A stretch of 64,000 bases of DNA from an uncultured Oscillospiraceae bacterium (GTDB lineage Bacteria > Bacillota > Clostridia > Oscillospirales > Oscillospiraceae), in NCBI GenBank assembly GCA_964644305.1, contig CAZXVA010000002.1, positions 4,964 to 68,963 of the forward strand, given 5' to 3'. This document shows, piece by piece, positions 32,701 to 35,700 of this stretch; position 1 is the first letter of the stretch, and each line of letters starts with the position of its first letter. The notes below the pieces were generated by a model that was not told the DNA's origin, made no database searches, and saw only the letters and a list, made by a program, of their open reading frames with translations. Position numbers and translations under genes: made by a program.

Positions 32701-35700
32701 GGACGCCGTGGCGCGGAGATTGAGCGCACCGCCGGATTTGACGCTGCGGCTGTGAATCTTGGCGAGGTTATTATTCTCGACATAGCCGACGGCGAGCGCG
32801 CCCATGAACTGGCTCTTGCCCGGATTTTCCTCTTTTTCATCTGAGGAGGTCTTGCTCGCGTCGTTGAAGAGGGTTTTGTTTTTGTCAACTGCCTTGTCGA
32901 CGCCGGTTTTCTCGCTGTTCTCCGTGCCCAAGAGGGCGGGGATGAAGTCGAGCATGTTGAACGGGGTGATCTGCGCGGCGGCGTCATCGGCAGAGTTAAA
33001 GGGAATTGCAAGCGAGACGGTGCTTGCGCGCGCGTCGGCAAAGGAGACAACGTCAACATCATCCGCGGCTTCAACGCCCAGGGCGGTGTCGATGACGGCC
33101 TGAGTGTCATTGAAGATGAAGTTGCCCGCGACGTAAACGCCGGAGCGCGGGTTAACGTTCCACACGTCGGTGACTTTGCCCGTGGCGTAGCTGGTGGATT
33201 CCACGATGCTTGAGGCCAAGAGCTTCATGCCGCCGCCGGAGTTGACAGAGGCGTTGCCGGTGATTTTGGTAAGGGTTTCAAACTTGACGACGGTGAGGGA
33301 GATGGAGAAGTGGGTCGAGCCGCCGAAAGTGTAGGCAGTGAGGTCATTGCGGGAGTTGGCCGAGAGGAGCACGCCCGCGTTTGCGCGTTTGCTTGCATCA
33401 TCGGGGAAATAGCCGGACTTGACAATCGCGTTGCCGCCGACGACGACCTTGCTGTGGCCGGCGGAGACGGCCATGGTGATGGGAATGGCGACGGCCAAAA
33501 GCTCATTGCTGGCATCAATGGTGATGTCAACATCCGCCACGGCGCGGACATAGCCCCCGGCGTATATGTTGCCTTCTATTATAATATCCGCATTGCCGAA
33601 TTTGAGCGTGACGGGGTTGAACTCTTTGTCTATCAAAGAAGAGATATAATCCGCGCCGGGGATGAAGCCCTTGTTGAGCACGAGGAGCGCGGCAAGGTCA
33701 ACCGCCTGCGTGGTGACGATTTCGCTGCCCGCGAATATATTGATGGACACATCGCGCCCGGCGTTGTAAAGGCCGAGTTCGATTGTGACATCATTGTCGG
33801 AATTGAGGTCATCTTCATAGACCACCTCGTTCACGGCCTTGCCGTCATACGGCGTGTCCTCGCCGTAAACGGAGAGGATGAGGTTTTTGGCCGTGATGTC
33901 GACGGTTTCGTCATTGCCGTCGCCGAGGACGTCAATATTGTCCCCGATGATGACGACGTTCACCCCGTCGGCAAGCAGACGCTTGATGCCGATTCTGCCG
34001 GAGAACGGGTTGCTCATGTCCTCTTGCAGGACGATGTTGGTGAAAAGCAGCCCGCTCGCGGGGACGATGAAGTTACGGTCGGCAAGCGAGAAGTCGACCT
34101 GTTTATATTTTATGGGGTCTTTGCGTTCGCCCTTGTCGTCATACACTTCGCGCTCGGCGTCCGTGGTGGGGACGACGTAGTTGGTGAAGGATTGGAGAAT
34201 GCTGCCATTGGCAAGCGTGTCAACGTTGACGGTGGGCTTGTTCAAAAGCGCGTCCGTCAGGGCGTCGATGCGGTCAATGATGATCTTGAGGAGCTTGGTG
34301 AAGTCGATGCTGAGCGCGTCCGTCTCATCGGGGAGAATGCTGACCTGCGCAAGCGCCTGAATGTCGATTTCGGTCTGTTCGGAGTTTACTTTGATTCTCT
34401 CGGCTTCATCCTTATCTTTGTTGAGCTTGCCGGTCAGGTGGAGGCGGTCAAAGCCGTCATCGCCGTGCGCGTTGACATTGGCCTCGCCCCAGACGGAGAA
34501 AGCCGTGGTGGTGTCGACGGTGATGACATCGTCGCCCTTGCCGCCGGTGACGTCAACCGTCGTCGCGGGGAGGTCTGTTTTTGCATTAAGCTGTTCCTGC
34601 ACATAGTCAATGAACGCTTTGAGGAGATTGTTGGCAAAGCTGAGCTTGCGGCCGCCGGTGACGGTAATGGTGTCGTCGCCGTCGCCGCCGTCGATGTCGA
34701 TGTCCGCCGCGCTCAGATCAATGTCGAAGCCGAAGTTGTACGCAATGGGGAGCTCGGCCGAACCGGCCTCGGCAGTGCCGGAGGTGCTGACCTCGGTGGC
34801 CAAGAGAATGTCACTGCTGTCGATGAGCTTTATGTTCGCCCTGTCCTCGCCGCCGCCGAGCTTGATGTCGACGTCAACGGTGTGATTTTGGGTGACAGAG
34901 GACTCAATGCTCTTTGCGAGGTCTGTTTTGAGCGATTCGACAATTTTAGTGAGCGCGGTTTTGACGTCTCCCTCTTCAAGTTTGCTCAAATCATCGAAAG
35001 ATGCCAGTGCGCTGAATTGGTCGGAGATATCTTTAAGCGTTTCGACAGGATTGCCTTCACCGTTGATGCCAACCTTTGCGCCGGCGTTTGGCCGCTTTGT
35101 GATTTGCACGGTCACGGTGTCGTTGCCGCCGCCGCTGTCGACGGTCACGGCGGAATAGACGTCGGAAATGTCAAGGTCAATGACATCGTCCTGGCTCGTG
35201 CCGTAATAGGTGACGGTTTCGGCGTTGGCGATGGTGACCTTGTCGCGCGTGGAAAGATATATGCCCGCGAGCAGGGTGTTCAGGCCGTCAATGTCGATGT
35301 TGATTGCGCCCTCAACCTTGACGTTGCCCGCGGAGTTTGCGTTGAAGGTGATTTGTCCGTTTTCATCCTCGGCAATCGCGTCGTGCGCCACAATGCGAAT
35401 GGTCATTTCGGGCGCGGGCGTAGTGGATTCGGGATTGTTGCGAACGCCGAGAAGCTCCAAAAGAATATCGGCGAGGACAGAGTCAGTCGACTTGCTGCTC
35501 AAATCGACGCCGCCTTGATACACGCCGTCTTCAACGACGATGGTCGCGACGCGGTCTTTGCCGGCATTTTCTTCCGTGCTGCTCTCAATGTCCTTGAGAT
35601 AGGTGAGCGCATGCTCCAAGGCCGTGGTGATGGCGTTTTTCTCGGAGGTGTTGGTGTATTTGACTTCCTTGCTTATCTCGCGGATATACGCGCTGCCCGC

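Noticed and set aside
34555-34600. LPATT string (NAKTDLPATTVDVTGG) as a sortase LPXTG signal.
   Set aside because: It is internal, about 8,600 residues from the C-terminus, lacks the following hydrophobic segment and charged tail, and no sortase gene is in the window.
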